DNA of 64,000 bases from Bacteroidota bacterium (GTDB lineage Bacteria > Bacteroidota > Bacteroidia > Chitinophagales > LD1), in contig CANJRM010000002.1 in NCBI GenBank assembly GCA_947476645.1, forward strand, positions 189 to 64,188, given 5' to 3'. Within the stretch, counting starts at the first letter, position 1. Every line of letters begins with the position of its first letter. This document shows, in pieces, positions 63,138 to 64,000 of this stretch. Made by a program: the position numbers and the translations under genes. Under the pieces are notes generated by a model that was not told the origin of the DNA, did not search any database, and worked only from the letters and a program-made list of their open reading frames with translations.

Positions 63138-64000
63138 AACAGCTATTCGCTATTCTACTGGTGCTTATAGGTTTTAGTGCTTGCAAAACCAAAGAGGATA
63201 AACCCGCGGCTGAACCCGTTAAAACTATAGTTGAACCCGTTCGCATAATTGCCATTGGCAGGGTAGAACCGGAAGTAAAGATTACCGCGATTGGCAGCGA
63301 GGTGAACGGTGTGGTAAAGAAAATTTATGCGTTTGCTGGTGATAGCGTAAGGAAAGGACAACTGCTGGTAGAGTTCGGACACGATTATGAAGATGCCAAG
63401 TTGGTGCAGACCAACTCGAAAGTAGCTACGCAAAATGCCGAGATACAAAACATACAGGCGCAGATTACTTCTGCCAAAATAAAAAGCGAAAACCTGAAGA
63501 CTAAATATGAACGGCTGCAGAAGATATTTGAGCAGGGTGCCGAGACCAAACAAAATGTCGACAATGCCAAGGCCGATTACGACCAGGCTGCTAAAGATAT
63601 TGACCGGTTGAATGCCGCCCTGCAAAGCGCACAGAGCAAGCTGAACGAAATAAGTGCAGATGCTAAGGTTACAGCTATTGATGTAGAGCGTAGAAAAGTA
63701 AAAGCCCCATCGGATGGTGTGGTGCTGAATATGGATTTAACCGAAGGCAGTGCCGCTACTACCGAGAAGCCGCTGTTCGACTTTGCTCCCAACTCTGCAC
63801 TTACCGTTTTGTGCGAGGTAGATGAGCTGTGGGTAAACAAACTTAAGTTAGGGCAAAAGGCCGTTATCCGCACACAGGGCACAGACGATAAGTTGGGCGA
63901 TGGCGAAGTGGTTTATCTGAGCCCATACCTGAAAAAGAAATCGCTGTTTAGCGATGATACCTCGAACATGGAAGATAGACGCGTGCGCGAAGTTAGAATA
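63134..64000 (+). CDS. HlyD/efflux adaptor (membrane fusion) lipoprotein, 3' end outside the window
   Basis: Not in the ORF track because it runs off the edge. The ATG at 63134 overlaps the upstream stop (ATGA). My translation: MKQLFAILLVLIGFSACKT (lipobox)...GRVEPEVKITAIGSEVNGVV..., then a long coiled coil (QNIQAQITSAKIKSENLKTKYERLQ...), then VKAPSDGVVLNM. This is typical adaptor architecture. Confidence 0.8.
   Translation, partial: MKQLFAILLVLIGFSACKTKEDKPAAEPVKTIVEPVRIIAIGRVEPEVKITAIGSEVNGVVKKIYAFAGDSVRKGQLLVEFGHDYEDAKLVQTNSKVATQNAEIQNIQAQITSAKIKSENLKTKYERLQKIFEQGAETKQNVDNAKADYDQAAKDIDRLNAALQSAQSKLNEISADAKVTAIDVERRKVKAPSDGVVLNMDLTEGSAATTEKPLFDFAPNSALTVLCEVDELWVNKLKLGQKAVIRTQGTDDKLGDGEVVYLSPYLKKKSLFSDDTSNMEDRRVREVRI

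Noticed and set aside
63155-63625. 156-aa minus-strand ORF
   Set aside because: It is antisense to the plus-strand frame, which encodes a convincing lipoprotein HlyD-type adaptor that is ATGA-coupled to the ABC ATPase.
1-64000. Mobile genetic element, prophage or defence island
   Set aside because: I saw no integrase, transposase, recombinase, phage structural, restriction-modification, toxin-antitoxin or Cas-like sequences in any long ORF. Gene content is housekeeping and envelope related, with tight operonic packing.
62400-64000. Apparent higher GC content at the right end, suggesting foreign origin
   Set aside because: This rests only on eyeballing and two 60-nt samples (roughly 47% versus 35% in an AT-rich membrane-protein gene). 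That is within normal gene-to-gene variation and cannot be substantiated without a proper sliding-window calculation.

Overview
This 64-kb segment reads as a chromosomal region of a Bacteroidota genome. Supporting features are type A and type B T9SS C-terminal sorting domains, SprB-type repeats, a TonB-dependent receptor, Bacteroidetes-style palindromic intergenic repeats, and translational coupling through ATGA overlaps. I call about 60 densely packed CDS on both strands, mostly housekeeping or envelope functions. They include an RND efflux operon (adaptor, pump, outer-membrane factor) and ndh, pyrD, cca, miaA, gltX, acs, tsaC, rsmD, coaD, lipB, sdaA and acpS. Also present are an S45 penicillin/AHL-type acylase, a rhomboid protease, an M1 peptidase, a PhoD phosphatase, a MarR regulator, a ComEA-like protein, and an ABC ATPase followed by a partial HlyD-type adaptor at the right edge. 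I found no rRNA, tRNA, CRISPR array, integrase, transposase or recognisable defence genes, and I cannot point to a clear multi-gene novel system. The unusual content, in my order of interest: (1) a membrane-anchored protein with 24 Cys and many Met that looks metallothionein-like (51489-52100); (2) a dispersed GTCCGAA-heptad element inserted in frame into pyrD, into a polysaccharide deacetylase, and at the cca/miaA junction, always read as (S)(D/E)VRSPK(S/T)E; (3) a ~570-bp non-coding block of REP-like sequence plus nested 21/42/84-bp tandem repeats ending in a strong terminator (18389-18960); (4) a 5-copy heptanucleotide repeat in the signal-peptide codons of the M1 peptidase and a C9 tract at the start of a DUF423 gene, both possible slipped-strand switches; (5) a translationally coupled C45 acyltransferase, AcpS and PaaK/F390-like ligase operon behind a CrtI-like oxidoreductase; (6) a eukaryote-type PTPLA/HACD-like membrane protein; (7) several families of small palindromic repeats, one of them always just upstream of start codons. 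All functional calls rest on motif recognition by eye, since no database search was possible.
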